A program made the position numbers and the translations under genes. Below the pieces are notes generated by a model, which saw only the letters and a list, made by a program, of their open reading frames with translations, was not told where the DNA came from and made no database searches. DNA of 64,000 nt from NCBI GenBank assembly GCA_002269645.1, contig NIVC01000962.1, positions 248,001-312,000 on the forward strand. The letters are read 5' to 3'. Positions within the stretch are counted from its first letter, which is position 1, and each line of letters opens with the position of its first letter. This DNA is from Macrostomum lignano (Eukaryota). Positions 1 through 13,100 of this stretch are shown here, one piece after another.

Positions 1-360
1 AAGATAAATGAGACAGGATCGAGATAAGAGAGCAAAGACGAGAGAGAAGACAAGTGAGGGAAGAGACGAGAGAAGAGGGGAGAGAGGAGAGAGGAAAAAG
101 AGAAGAGATGAGAGAAGAGAAAGAGAGAGGAAAGAGTAGAAAGGAGAGATGATAGAGTAGAGGAGAGATGAGAGAGTAGAGAATAGAGTTGAGAGAAGAG
201 AGAAGAGAGGAGATAGAGGAGAGCGAGGAATGAGAAGAGAGAGTATAGAGATCAGAGAGGAGAGGAGAGAGAAAAAAGAGAAGAGATGAGAGGAGAGAGA
301 GAGAAGAGAGGAGAGACGAGGGACGAGAGAGAAGAGAGGAAACAGAAGAGAAGATAGAAG
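1..360. repeat. GA-rich low-complexity/simple repeat
   Basis: Almost exclusively A/G with degenerate (GA)n/(GAGAA)n tracts. Confidence 0.9.
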
Positions 361-478
361 TTTCAAAGAATCCAAGGGACGTAGGGAGAGTCAGAGGCAG
401 AGGCCAGAGTTTGCCAATACATGTTTTAGAGTCAGACAGACATTGCCTGACATTCTGCGCAGCACCCCAGCCAACAAG

Positions 479-1403
479 TAGGGATTCCAATCCCGGGATC
501 CCGGGATTGGGGCCAAAAATCCGGGATTTGAATCCCGGGATTTTTTTGGGAATCGAATCCCGGGATTTTTAATCCCGGGATTGCAAAAGACCGGGATCGG
601 GATCCCGGGATTTCAAGGCCTTAATCCCGGGATTGGTCCGGGATTAGAACGACCTTTCAATGCCTAAATTAAATAATTTAAAGTCTAAACGTTTATTTGA
701 ATAATAAAACATTTATTTGTTTTTGCTGTTTCTCAATGAAACGTTAAACATTTGCAAAGCTCCTGTCCTAATTGAGCTAAAAATTGTTAATGTGAACTGT
801 AAATGATAGATAATTTTAACTTTTTTTTCGCTTTCTACCACGAGACGAGACTGAGGGCCTTTTCATATTGCTTTCTCTGGTTCCAGAACAAGAACCAATT
901 TGTGAAGTATAAACTTTTTGTCTCCATAACTAGAGGGAGATACGTGCTATAAAGTTTTTATTATTGAATGACAGTCGCCAAGAAGAAAGTGAAAAATCGT
1001 GCAAAGTGAGGCTGTTAAGGCAGTCAAATATTAACAGAGTTTAATAGTTATACTGCTGTTTTTCTTGGAATTCCGAACCGATTCTGGTTCTGGAATTGGT
1101 AATATGAAAAGGCCCTGAGACTCTGAGAGTCGCGAGACCATGACTACTGCACGCGGCACGCCGCACAGTCCGTCTAGCAATTTAGGGATTCCAATCCCGG
1201 GATCCCGGGATCCCGGGATTGGGGCCAAAAATCCGGGATTTGAATCCCGGGATTTTTTTGGGAATCGAATCCCGGGATTTTTAATCCCGGGATTGCAAAA
1301 GCACCGGGATTCCGGGATTTTGAATCCCGGGATTTCAACAGCATCGGGATTTCGGGACTATTCAATCCCGGGATTGTAAAATGTCGGGATTTTGGAATCC
1401 CTA
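479..1403 (+). mobile_element. Non-autonomous hAT-type DNA transposon, copy 1 (925 bp)
   Basis: Terminal inverted repeats TAGGGATTCCAA (479) and TTGGAATCCCTA (ends 1403). Perfect 8-bp TSD CCAACAAG at 471-478 and 1404-1411. Many subterminal ATCCCGGGAT palindromes; no transposase ORF. 8-bp TSD with TAGGG termini is typical of hAT. Confidence 0.85.
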
Positions 1404-2598
1404 CCAACAAGATCAATGTTTGCCTCAAATTCTAATTTTACATGAATGTACTCCTTTTTATGGTTGCCTCTCTGCTAATTATCAACAAGTTTTTGAGTAT
1501 GGCCTCAGATTTCAGAATAGTTCCGGGGATTGGAATTCCCCGGGTTCAAAATCCGCGGGTTTCAACAGCTTGTTGACTTTATAAAACGGGGCCCGCCTTG
1601 TCCGTAGGCAGACAGTCCGAAATCCTGACCAACTTTATCGACTGGGCCTGGAATTTTCAAGCAGAATTTATACCTCTCTACTCCAATGTACATTGGCGGC
1701 CCTCACTCATCTTTATTTGGGGCGGGGTGGGGTGGGGAGTATGTACATTTGCGAACGAAGGAGAACCAGCCTTTATATTGGAGGAACTTGCGGGGGAACG
1801 ACTGCCAAGCCAGCACCATTTCCAGGAAATTTAGCTACCGGACTTGTTCCACCAGTCAAGCCAAGTTAAAGTATAAACTAAATTCAAAGAAGGTAAGATG
1901 TGATGTGATCTCTTCATTTTTGTAATCCTCTCTTCTCGCATATGATCTACTCCTATAGGCGATATAGAGAGACATGGACTTGGACTTTCAAGAAAAAACT
2001 TTTGAAAAACTAATTTATCTTATATTTTCTGTTTCTGTTATATCAGGTCGTAAAACTAAGGCATGCCGTTATAAACACCGTATAATTATAATGCTATAGC
2101 TAACGTCAGCCTTGAGCCAACAGCATTGATTCATTCGATAGATATATCTGTAATTGTTTGTGTCTACACTGCAGTTACCTCTTAGTCAGTCAGTGTGCAT
2201 TCACATTTCTTGGAAACACTCGTATTTCTTGGAAATTCGAATTCACAAAAACTGCAGAGCCAGAGTCCTAGACTGCTATACATGTAGCTAACGTATAGAG
2301 ATTGTTGCAAATTAGAATAAATGTTTGAAGAAGCTATTAAAATGCATAACTGGTCCGAATTGAACTGATTACTGAACCCCAGCAAAGTGAGTCAGTGAAT
2401 CCTGCCTGGATCTCGGTCTCGGATACCTTTTAAGTTTGAGTAAGATTTCTTTCTCGATTGTGTATAGTATTCACTTATTCAACCATTATTAGGCAAGTGC
2501 AGACAGATAACAAGATAGGCAGAGTCAGAGACACTAAGACAGACAGGCGCTAAGACAGGCACTAAGACAGACAGGCACTAAGACAGGCACACTAAGAC

Positions 2599-3530
2599 TA
2601 GGGATTCCAAAATCCCGACATTTTACAATCCCGGGATTGAATAGTCCCGAAATCCCGATGCTGTTGAAATCCCGGGATTCAAAATCCCGGAATCCCGGTG
2701 CTTTTGCAATCCCGGGATTAAAAATCCCGGGATTCGATTCTCAAAAAAATCCCGGGATTCAAATCCCGGATTTTTGGCCCCAATCTCGGGATCCCGGGAT
2801 CCCGGGATTGGAATCCCTAAATTGCTAGACGGACTGTGCGGCGTGCCGCGTGCAGTAGTCATGGTCTCGCGACTCTCAGAGTCTCAGGGCCTTTTCATAT
2901 TACCAATTCCAGAACCAGAATCGGTTCGGAATACGAAGAAAAACAGCAGTATAACTATTAAACTCTGTTAATATTTGACTGCCTTAACAGCCTCACTTTG
3001 CACGATTTTTCACTTTCTTCTTGGCGACTGTCATTCAATAATAAAAACTTTATAGCACGTATCTCCCTCTAGTTATGGAGACAAAAAGTTTATACTTCAC
3101 AAATTGGTTCTTGTTCTGGAACCAGAGCAAGCAATATGAAAAGGCCCTCAGTCTCGTCTCGTGGTAGAAAACGAAAAAAAGTTAAAATTATCTATCATTT
3201 ACAGTTCACATTAACAATTTTTAGCTCAGTTAGGACAGGAGCTTTGCAAATGTTTAACGTTTCATTGAGAAACAGCAAAAACAAATAAATGTTTTATTAT
3301 TCAAATAAACGTTTAGACTTTAAATTATCTAATTTAGGCATTGAAAGGTCGTTCTAATCCCGGACCAATCCCGGGATTAAGGCCTTGAAATCCCGGGATC
3401 CCGATCCCGGTCTTTTGCAATCCCGGGATTAAAAATCCCGGGATTCGATTCCCAAAAAAATCCCGGGATTCAAATCCCGGATTTTTGGCCCCAATCCCGG
3501 GATCCCGGGATCCCGGGATTGGAATCCCTA
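2599..3530 (-). mobile_element. Non-autonomous hAT-type DNA transposon, copy 2 (932 bp, inverted relative to copy 1)
   Basis: Near-identical reverse complement of 479-1403 with the same TIRs. 8-bp TSD ACTAAGAC at 2591-2598 and 3531-3538. Confidence 0.85.
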
Positions 3531-3624
3531 ACTAAGACAGACAGGCGCTAAGACAGGCACACTAAGACAGACAGGCGCTATGACAGACAGGCACTAAGAC
3601 GGACACACAAGTTAGGCAGATAGA

Positions 3625-3629
3625 CACTA

Positions 3630-3705
<76 letters not shown>

Positions 3706-3735
3706 GGACAGACAGACAGACAGACAGACGCACCA

Positions 3736-3779
<44 letters not shown>

Positions 3780-3785
3780 GCACCA

Positions 3786-3858
<73 letters not shown>

Positions 3859-3885
3859 CACAGACAGGCAGACAGACAGATGCAC
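3625..3885. repeat. (GACA)n microsatellite
   Basis: Direct reading; the overlapping SVCL-repeat ORFs are artefacts. Confidence 0.95.
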
Positions 3886-3949
3886 CAAGACACGCAGCCA
3901 AAGCGCTGTCCCCCTTTTCGCGCCCGGCCCCAGCAGCTCCGAGAGCAGC

Positions 3950-4510
3950 ATGGCTCGCTACGAACCGACCGCCCCGCCGCCAAAGTATGACCAAGACGAG
4001 GACCAGCAGCAGCAGCAGCGCTGGGTGACTCAGCAGCAGCCAACGGCATCCGGCATGGATCCCTACCGAGTGGGCTACAACCAGCCGTCAGTCAACATGG
4101 ACAGAAGTGGCGGCGGTGGCGGCGGCACCCACGTGATGGTCAACCTGGGCAACGTGGTGACCAACCAGCCGCGCCAGCTGCGCACCTGGTCGACGAGTCT
4201 CTGCGGCTGCTGCGAGGACATGAGCTCCTGCTGCCTGGTCACCTGGTGCACCCCCTGCTTCTTGTGCTGCAGCCTGTCGCCGAGAATGGGCGAGAGCTGC
4301 TGCGCCCCGTTCTGCCTGTCGTTGTGCGGCCAGTCGGCACCGCTGGTCTACCGCACCAAGCTGCGAGCCGCCCACGGCATCTCGGGCGGAGCCATCGACG
4401 ACTGCTGCGTGACGAGCGGCTGCTCGCTGCCCTGCGCTCTGTGCCAGATGAAGCGGGAGCTGGACTATATCGAGAGAAGCACAGGCCAGCTAGCCTTCCA
4501 GCGGGTGTGA
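3950..4510 (+). CDS. PLAC8/cornifelin-family cysteine-rich protein (single exon, 186 aa)
   Basis: WSTSLCGCCEDMSSCCLVTWCTPC...YRTKLRAAHGISGGAIDDCC...PCALCQMKRELD matches the PLAC8 domain pattern; GC-rich codon usage. Confidence 0.88.
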   Translation: MARYEPTAPPPKYDQDEDQQQQQRWVTQQQPTASGMDPYRVGYNQPSVNMDRSGGGGGGTHVMVNLGNVVTNQPRQLRTWSTSLCGCCEDMSSCCLVTWCTPCFLCCSLSPRMGESCCAPFCLSLCGQSAPLVYRTKLRAAHGISGGAIDDCCVTSGCSLPCALCQMKRELDYIERSTGQLAFQRV

Positions 4511-4646
4511 TGGCTCTGCCATCTGTTGTGCAATGTGCAGTAACAATAATCTAACAATACTTTGCATCATCCCCAGTATTTGCCTGTTGTCTGCGGTTTT
4601 CAGGTTCAGTTTGCGGCTGTCAGGATGAAATCCAAATATTTTAAGT

Positions 4647-6255
4647 ATGGAATCTGACACTTTCAGGATGAAATCTGACAGTTTCAAGATGGAATCTGAC
4701 AGTTTCAGAATGGAATCTGACAGTTTCAGGATGGAATCTGACAGTTTCAGGATGGAATCTGACAGTTTCATGATGGAATCTGACACTTTCAGGATGGAAT
4801 CTAACAGTTTCAAGATGGAATCTGACAGTTTCAGAATGGAATCTGACAGTTTCAGAATGGAATCTGACAGTTTCAGAATGGAATCTGACAGTTTCAGAAT
4901 GGAATCTGACAGTTTCAGAATGGAATCTGACAGTTTCAGAATGGAATCTGACAGTTTCAGGATGGAATCTGACAGTTTCAGGATGGAATCTGACAGTTTC
5001 ATGATGGAATCTGACACTTTCAGGATGGAATCTAACAGTTTCAAGATGGAATCTGACAGTTTCAGAATGGAATCTGACAGTTTCAGAATGGAATCTGACA
5101 GTTTCAGAATGGAATCTGACAGTTTCAGAATGGAATCTGACAGTTTCATGATGGAATCTGACAGTTTCAGGATGGAATCTGACAGTTTCAGGATGGAATC
5201 TGACAGTTTCATGATGGAATCTGACAGTTTCATGATGGAATCTGACAGTTTCAGGATGGAATCTGACAGTTTCAGAATGGAATCTGACAGTTTCAGGATG
5301 GAATCTGACAGTTTCATGATGGAATCTGACAGTTTCATGATGGAATCTGACAGTTTCAGAGTGGAATCTGACAGTTTCATGATGGAATCTGACAGTTTCA
5401 GAATGGAATCTGACAGTTTCAGAATGGAATCTGACAGTTTCAGGGTGGAATCTGACAGTTTCAGTCTCAGAATGGAATCTGACAGTTTCAGAATGGAATC
5501 TGACAGTTTCAGGGTTGAATCTGACAGTTTCATGATGGAATCTGACAGTTTCAGGATGGAATCTGACAGTTTCATGATGGAATCTGACAGTTTCAGGATG
5601 GAATCTGACAGTTTCAGAGTGGAATCTGACAGTTTCATGATGGAATCTGACAGTTTCAGAATGGAATCTGACAGTTTCAGGATGGAATCTGACAGTTTCA
5701 GGATGGAATCTGACAGTTTCAGAATGGAATCTGACAGTTTCAGAATGGAATCTGACAGTTTCAGAATGGAATCTGACAGTTTCAGGGTGGAATCTGACAG
5801 TTTCAGTCTCAGAATGGAATCTGACAGTTTCAGAATGGAATCTGACAGTTTCAGGGTTGAATCTGACAGTTTCATGATGGAATCTGACAGTTTCAGGATG
5901 GAATCTGACAGTTTCATGATGGAATCTGACAGTTTCATGATGGAATCTGACAGTTTCAGAGTGGAATCTGACAGTTTCATGATGGAATCTGACAGTTTCA
6001 GAATGGAATCTGACAGTTTCAGGATGGAATCTGACAGTTTCAGGATGGAATCTGACAGTTTCAGAATGGAATCTGACAGTTTCAGAATGGAATCTGACAG
6101 TTTCAGAATGGAATCTAACAGTTTCAGAATGGAATCTGACAGTTTCAGGATGGAATCTGACAGTTTCAGAATGGAATCTGACAGTTTCAGGATGGAATCT
6201 GACAGTTTCAGAATGGAATCTGACAGTTTCAGGGTGGAATCTGACAGTTTTAGGA
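4647..6255. repeat. 21-bp minisatellite (ATGGAATCTGACAGTTTCAGG), about 75 copies
   Basis: Direct reading. The unit is a multiple of 3 and stop-free, which explains the long ORFs on both strands. Confidence 0.95.
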
Positions 6256-6595
6256 TTGAATCTTTTAAGGCCCCAATATTATTAACTATAATATCCTCTT
6301 ATGCTTAAATTTTGGTATCGAATATCAATATTAAACTGTTATATCCAAGTTCGCCACTTATTTTTATTAAGTATCTTCATTAATACTCGTACTTCTAAAG
6401 TCTTTTTATGCTTTTTCGATTTTTAACAGCACGAAGAAAAAGCAATATATATTTTTTAACTTTAATAGGCCGGTTTCAAGTCCTCCGTTTTGTGTCTCCG
6501 TGTGCTTAGCAGGTTTGGCAACAGTTTAAAAATATAAATTTGATCAACTCGGTGAATTAAATGAGATTTCCTTTTGCTTATTTCTACTGTAGGTA

Positions 6596-6597
6596 GG

Positions 6598-6647
<50 letters not shown>

Positions 6648-6680
6648 GATAGGTAGATAGATAGATAGATATATAGATAG
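6596..6680. repeat. (GATA)n microsatellite
   Basis: Direct reading. Confidence 0.9.
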
Positions 6681-6943
6681 CAAATACACTCCTATGCTCA
6701 ACTGTTGCTATGCTGCAGGTGCATGAGAAGCAGTACTCAAAGCATACTCATGCTGGATTGAATGTACACTCACTGCCGCGCTGGACTTGAATGCGAGAGA
6801 GCACTGGCAGAAGAGAAGGGGGGAGAAACAACGCCAGCAAGTTAGGAACAATTGCAGAGTATTAGACAATGGGTTTGCGGCTGCTGAAAAATCATCCCAT
6901 AAGGGAGGACAGGTGGACCCAGGCTGCAGCTAGGCCGGATCTG

Positions 6944-6957
6944 GTTGCCAGGGAAAG
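6944..6957 (+). promoter_or_regulatory. Possible RFX X-box upstream of IFT27
   Basis: GTTGCCAGGGAAAG, an imperfect X-box 25 bp upstream of the ATG of a ciliary gene. Confidence 0.35.
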
Positions 6958-6982
6958 AAGAAATTCAACACCACAGAGAAGC

Positions 6983-9907
6983 ATGCCTCTGCTGCTTCGC
7001 GCAAAGACAATTGTGCTGGGAGATGCAGCCGCGGGCAAGAGCGCCCTGGTGCAGACTTTCCATTCCGATGGGCAGCACTTTCCCAAGAACTACAACATGA
7101 CGCTGGGCGTGGAGCTTCTAGTGAAAGCGGTCACTCCGCCAGCGGCAGCACCGCTGAGCAGTCGGGTCACTGAGCAGCATCAGCTACAGATGCAGCTGCA
7201 GCAGCAGCAGCAGGTGCAGGTCGAGCTGCACATCTATGACTGCGCCGGCCAGGAGGCCTACGCCGACGTGGTCGAGGGCCACGCTGAGGGACCCGACCTG
7301 TGCGTGCTGACCTATGACGTCACCAGCGAGGCGTCGTTTGAAAAGTGCCGCCACTGGCTGGGCAAACTGCAGAGGCTGGTAGAGAGAGGCAGAGGCAGCC
7401 GGCAGATGAAGCCATCAAAGCCGCAGCAGCAGGAGCAGCAGGTGGTAAGCGAACTGCTAGAATACATGTAGTGCATGATAAATGGTAATGATAGCTGCTT
7501 AGTGGTGGATATTCTGCTTGTAAGAACACAAACAAAATCACAGGAAGTGGCTGAATTGTATACAGAATTTCTCCATATAGTAATTTAATCTCCATGCAGT
7601 TATTTATTTTTAGCACTAAATTCTCAATATCTTGGATTTCCGAATTACAAATGTTATAGCCTTCAGTGTTTGTTCTGTCCAAGGCTTTAATCACTTAAGT
7701 TTATCGAGCTATTCGGAGACAGACCGGCTGACAGCTCCAATATCTTTATTTTATGTTCGACAAGCTACTTGCCTGTACCGTCGCGAAGTAACCGCATATA
7801 AAAATCTGCCAAATCGATAAATTGATATACAGCGTACATGTGCAACAAGAATAGCTAGTCTAAATTAGGGAGCATGAGGAAGTTTTTCCCGCCGAAGTTT
7901 TCCCAACGAGGTTTTCCCGCAGGGTTATTCCTGTCGGAATTTCAAGTCAACTCCAATCGGATTTGAAATCTAGTCTAGGCTAGTTCTAATCTAGTCCAGC
8001 ATTCTCTATAGACTGGAGTTGACTTGAAATTCCGACTGTAAAAACCCCGCGGGAAAACCTCTCCTGGGAAAACCTCTCCTGGGAAAACCTCTCCTGGGAA
8101 AACCTCTCCTGGGAAAACCTCTCCTGGGAAAACCTCTCCTGGGAAAACCTCTCCTGGGAAAACCTCTCCTGGGAAAACCTCTCCTGGGAAAACCTCTCGC
8201 GGGAAAGCCTCTCCTGGGAAAACCTCTCGCGGGAAAACCTCTCGCGGGAAAACCTCGGCGTTGAAATCTCGGCGGGAAAACCTCGGGGGAAAACCTCGGG
8301 GGAAAACCTCGGGGGAAAACCTCGGGGGGAAACCTCGGGGGAAAACCTCGGGGGGAAACCTCGGCGGGAAAACCTCGGGGGGAAAACCTCGGGGGAAAAC
8401 CTCGGGGGAAAACCTCGGGGGGAAAACCTCGGGGGAAAACCTCGGCGGGAAAACCTCGGGGGGAAAACCTCGGGGGAAAACCTCGGGGGAAAACCTCGGG
8501 GGAAAACCTCGGGGGAAAACCTCGGGGGGAAAACCTCGGGGAAAACCTCGGGGGAAAACCTCGGGGGAAAACCTCGGGGGGAAAACCTCGGCGGGAAAAC
8601 CTCGGGGGGAAAACCTCGGCGGGAAAACCTCGGCGGGAAAACCTCGGCGGGAAAACCTCGGGGGAAAACCTCGGCGGGAAAACCTCGGGGGAAAACCTCG
8701 GCGGGAAAACCTCGGCGGGAAAACCTCGGCGGGAAAACCTCGGCGGGAAAACCTCGGCGGGAAAGCTTCCTGCAAGAAATTCTCATAGACCCCTAAATTA
8801 TGCAGAACTTTCATTTGATACTCTACTGACAGTACAAATATAAGGAAAATACGCTAAGAAAATAATCTATAGACATGCACCTGTTTAACGAATCCAATAT
8901 TTCCAATATTTTACTCACGACACAGCAATATTACTCACTAATATATGTCAACAGTATACCATAAATTTTGAATAACTACTTTTTTAATACCTATATCTAG
9001 CTCGTATCTACGAGGTCGTACTTCCAATACCATATGGATATGCGCTCCTGTTGTACGGGAGGTCAGTAGACATTGGGAGTATACTTGTATATGGTAGGTG
9101 TTGGAAGTAGAGATTGGGAGTATACATGGTAGGTTTTGGAAGTAGACATTGGGAGTATATCTATGGTAGGTAACTGGAAGTAGACATTGGGAGTATATAC
9201 ATGGTAGGTAACTGGAAGTAGACATAGTAGGTAACTGGAAGTAGACATTGTAGGTAACTGGAAGTAGACATAGTAGGTAACTGGAAGTAGACATTCAAGC
9301 AGATATACGATCAGCAAGCTATATGTTAGTACATGTATTAGAGGGAAGGTATGAAATGTATAGTACACTACTGACAATTGTGAGTAATGAGTAATGCGTT
9401 TTTCAAAATATGTTTATTAAAATCGGTGCTTAAATAGCCAGGAGGAGCTAAAATTTCTCCGGAACTTTGCCTATCAGCTTCCGGCAGCAGTTTGTGAACG
9501 AATAGCTTGATAAGCTTTTGAGTAAGCCTTGGAGAGAACAAACGCCGCATCACGGCTTCATTTTTGACTCTGGAGTCCACAAGGTGAGATGCTGAGGAGA
9601 ATTTATTAGTGTTGAGAAACGGAAAACTTCATGATTTGCCAGCGGCCTTCTGCTTCAGAAACCCCCCCTCTGTTCTCAGCTGGCGCCGATTCCCACAGCC
9701 CTGGTGGCGCTGAAGTCCGACCTGGACAACCGGCGCATTGTGACACCAAGCCAGGGCCAGGAGCTGGCGCAGTCCGCCGGCCTGGCCTACTTCGAGGCCT
9801 CCGCCAAGGACGGCCAAGGCGTTGAGCAGCCGTTCCTGGAGTTGGCCAGGCGCTTCGCTGATCTGTACGCGGAGAGATGCGCCCAGGTGTGCGAGCTGGT
9901 CAGCTGA
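6983..9907 (+). CDS. IFT27: Intraflagellar transport protein 27 (RABL4), 2 exons (6983-7444, 9680-9907), about 229 aa
   Basis: GDAAAGKSALVQTFHSDGQHFPKNYNMTLGVEL, DCAGQ, CVLTYDVTSEASF and YFEASAK...PFLELARRFADLY match IFT27. GTAAGC donor at 7445 and TTCTCAG acceptor ending 9679 join in phase 0. Confidence 0.9.
8050..8762. repeat. Intronic 14-16-bp minisatellite (GGAAAACCTC core)
   Basis: Direct reading; lies within the IFT27 intron. Confidence 0.9.
9065..9295. repeat. Short degenerate tandem repeat (GGTAACTGGAAGTAGACAT core)
   Basis: Direct reading. Confidence 0.75.
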
Positions 9908-10190
9908 TCCGGTTGCTGGCTTCCTGATTGTCACTGATCGGGCCAGCCCGATGAATTAAAGATTCAAAGAAAAAGTCGCTGGTTTACGAAAGAGTCTACT
10001 GACAAGTAGAGAGTATAGAATGTTAAGCAAAAGCGTATCAAAGTCCAGATTTTTTACAGCCGGCTGAAATACACCTTGACTTACTTACTTGACTTAGCTG
10101 CAGGGTGGTCCGTAGACACAGCGGGGAGGCGAGGGTCGCCCATTCCGCTAGCCCCTGAAGGTCCGCAGACAGGCAGAGGCGTGGGGCCGG

Positions 10191-13100
10191 TCAGGGTGGT
10201 CCGCCGGTCCGTCCTGCAGCGTGATCTTCCGTTGGGAAGAAACTGGCTCGTCTAGTCGCCCGAAGGAACTGGATGAGCCGTGGGATGCTGTCGGGCTGGA
10301 AGACCTCGTCGATGGACGGGTTCGGCCCGAGGTAGCGTAGCCGGTCTCTGTTAAAGAAAGGGCAGTGACAAACAAAGTGCTGAGCATCTTCATTGTCGTA
10401 CTCGCAAAAGGGGCAAAGTTCGCTCTCGAGGTCACCTCGGAGGAAGCAGTGCCTGGCGAGGTAGCCATGGCCAGTAAGGGTCATGACAAGGGCTCGAATA
10501 TCCTTCCGATTCTGGTTCAGAAGGATGTTTCTTAGCCTGCGAGACGGGCAGGGAACCGCGGCACGAGATTGCCGGCAGTTTTGGGTGCCCGCCCATCTGT
10601 CCCTGTGGAGGGAGTCAGCCCAGTCGTCGATCTGACGATTGATGACTGTCAAGGGCATAGGGACCAGGGGGCAGGGCCGAAGAAAGAGCCAGAGCCGCCC
10701 CTCTTGGCGAGGGTGTCTGCCAGCTCGTTCCCCGGAAAGCCTGCGTGCCCTGGGATCCATTTCAGCCTGACAGTATTGCTACTGGCCAGGAGGTTGAGCT
10801 GCCGGGCGCAGTCGGCGACTGTCCGGGAGTTCGTTGTGGTGTGGCAAAGGGCCTGTAAGGCCGCTTGGCTGTCGGAGTGGATGACAATAGTCTTTCCTCT
10901 CGTACCCTTGGCGTTCAGCTCTGCAGCGCAAGAGCTGATGGCAAGGACTTCGTTCTGGAAGACTGTGGAGAGTCTACCAGTGTGCTGGGCATGCGTGGCA
11001 ATTACGCGGCCGTTGATGATGATGCAGACCCCAAAGCCGGCGCGACCGTCTTTGATGGATCCGTCCGTGTAGCAATGGACCTCCTGGAATTTCCAGTGGT
11101 CATTGGCAGCATCCCTAGAGGGGATGGTGACCTTGTAGCGCTGAAAGAGGTTGAGAGTGCGGGGTTCGCCGTCAGATAGGACGTGGAGCCCGCCGCTGTC
11201 TCTCAAGTCCTTGAGGCAGAGGTCGGCGTGGGGCAAAAGCTTGCGCTTAGCCATGGCCCTATGGGGCTGGATTTGAATGCCAGCGTCAGCTAGACGGCGG
11301 GCAGTCTTGGCCGCTTCCCTGCGGACAAAGATGTCCAGCGGAGGAATGTTGAGGAAGGCGTTGAGGCCATCGTAAGGAGCAGACGGAGGGGCGCTCATGA
11401 TCATGCGACATGCGCGCCCTTGCGCTCTCCTGAGAGCCTCTAGACAGGTCTTTATCTGCAGGGCGCTAGCCCAGATCAGGCCGCCATACGAGATAGCGGG
11501 CCTAACCATTGCAGTGTAGATCCACCAGAGGCGCTTGGGGGTGAGCCCCCAGGTGGTGCCGACAGCCCTGCGCAATTGCGCGAGGACTGCGAAGGCCTTT
11601 TTGGCTTTTGCTTGAACGTGGGGTGACCAGTTCAGCCTGTGGTCCAGGGTAATACCCAGACATTTAGTCTGCTTGCAGAAGGGGATTTCCCTTCCGTAAA
11701 GCGTGAGCGGCCGAATCTGCCACTTGGTCCTGCTGGTGAACATGATCGCTGCGGTCTTAGTCTCAGAGAGCCTTAAGCCACAGCGGTCCGCCCATTGCTC
11801 AGCAGCGTAGATGAAGTTCTGAAGAAGGTCCCTGAGGGTATCAGGGGACGGACCAGATGCCACCGCGGTGACATCGTCCGCATATCCAACTTTCAGAATG
11901 GGGTCAGGCCGAACATCCCGAAGGAGCTCATCGATGACCATATTCCAGAGAACTGGGGACAGCACCCCACCTTGCGGGCTACCTTTGCAGACGGGGACCG
12001 TCCTCTGGTAGCCCAGCAGACTAGCGGTGGCCGTGCGATGGCTGATCATATACATGATCCATCTGGTGAGATGTGAGTGCGTTTGCCTCTCACAAAGAGC
12101 TCTTCGGAACGCCTCAAAGAGGACGTTATCGAAGGCGCCAATGATGTCCAGGAAGATCCCCAGAGCAAAGCCATTACCAAGCACGGCCTTCTCGAGTTTA
12201 TCGACCAGGACGTGCAGCGCGCTTTCAGTGGAGCGACCCGCCCGAAAAGCGTGCTGGTTCTCGCTGAGAGGTTTGTTCTTCAGCTCAACAGAGAGAAGGC
12301 GCCAAAGCACCAGTCTCTCCATCAGCTTGACCAGGGAGGAGGTCAGGCTGATCGGTCTGAAGGATTTGATAGAATGGTAGTCCGGGCGGCCTGGCTTAGG
12401 GATAAAGATCACCTTTGCCTCGGTCCATGCCTGTGGGACATAACCAAGCGTGATGCATGCCCGAAGAAGGCTGCAAATTTTGCGCAGGAAGCCTGGGCAT
12501 TTAACGGCCTCTCTTAGGAGGGCCGGTACAATGCCGTCGGGTCCTGGGGCTTTGAAAGGCTTGAAGGAATTAGCCGCTCTCACGATGCGGTCCTCCGTGA
12601 TGATAGAGGCAGCCAGCGCGTGACCTCCCTCCGAGTGATCCGGAGTGGTCGGGTTAGCTGGCTCGTTGGGGAAGAACGCAGTGAGCATTACATCAAGCGT
12701 TTCCCCTGGGTTGTCCGTGGACGTACCGTCGGTGCGTTTGACCGAGGAGAGCTTAGACATTTTGTCCAGCGTGAGCGCTTTCACAACTCTGGAGGTGGGG
12801 CGTGAGCCCTCTAGCTCCTCACAGTATTGTCGCCATTTTTGAGCCTTTGCATTCCTAACCTGCCTTTTAAACTCATGAATTGCTTCATGATAGGCGGTTT
12901 GGTCCGCTGGGCTCTTAGTTTTAGTTGCTCTGCGGTGGAGTCTCTTAGCCCTGCGACGGAGGTTGCCGAGCTCGGGATTCCACCACGGCGCGGATTTTTT
13001 CCCTTTATAGGCTTTTAAAGGGCAGGACGCCTCAAAGGCGGCGGTTAGCGTCTCTGTCAAAACAGTCGCGCACTCATCCGCCTCTCGGCACGACGTGATC

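Noticed and set aside
1520-1570. Degenerate CCCGGG cluster just outside hAT copy 1
   Set aside because: Possibly an older relic of the same family, but no TIR or TSD can be defined.
4490-6308. Long ORFs on both strands (MESDSFR and LKLSDSI repeats)
   Set aside because: They arise from a stop-free 21-bp minisatellite and have no non-repetitive domain.
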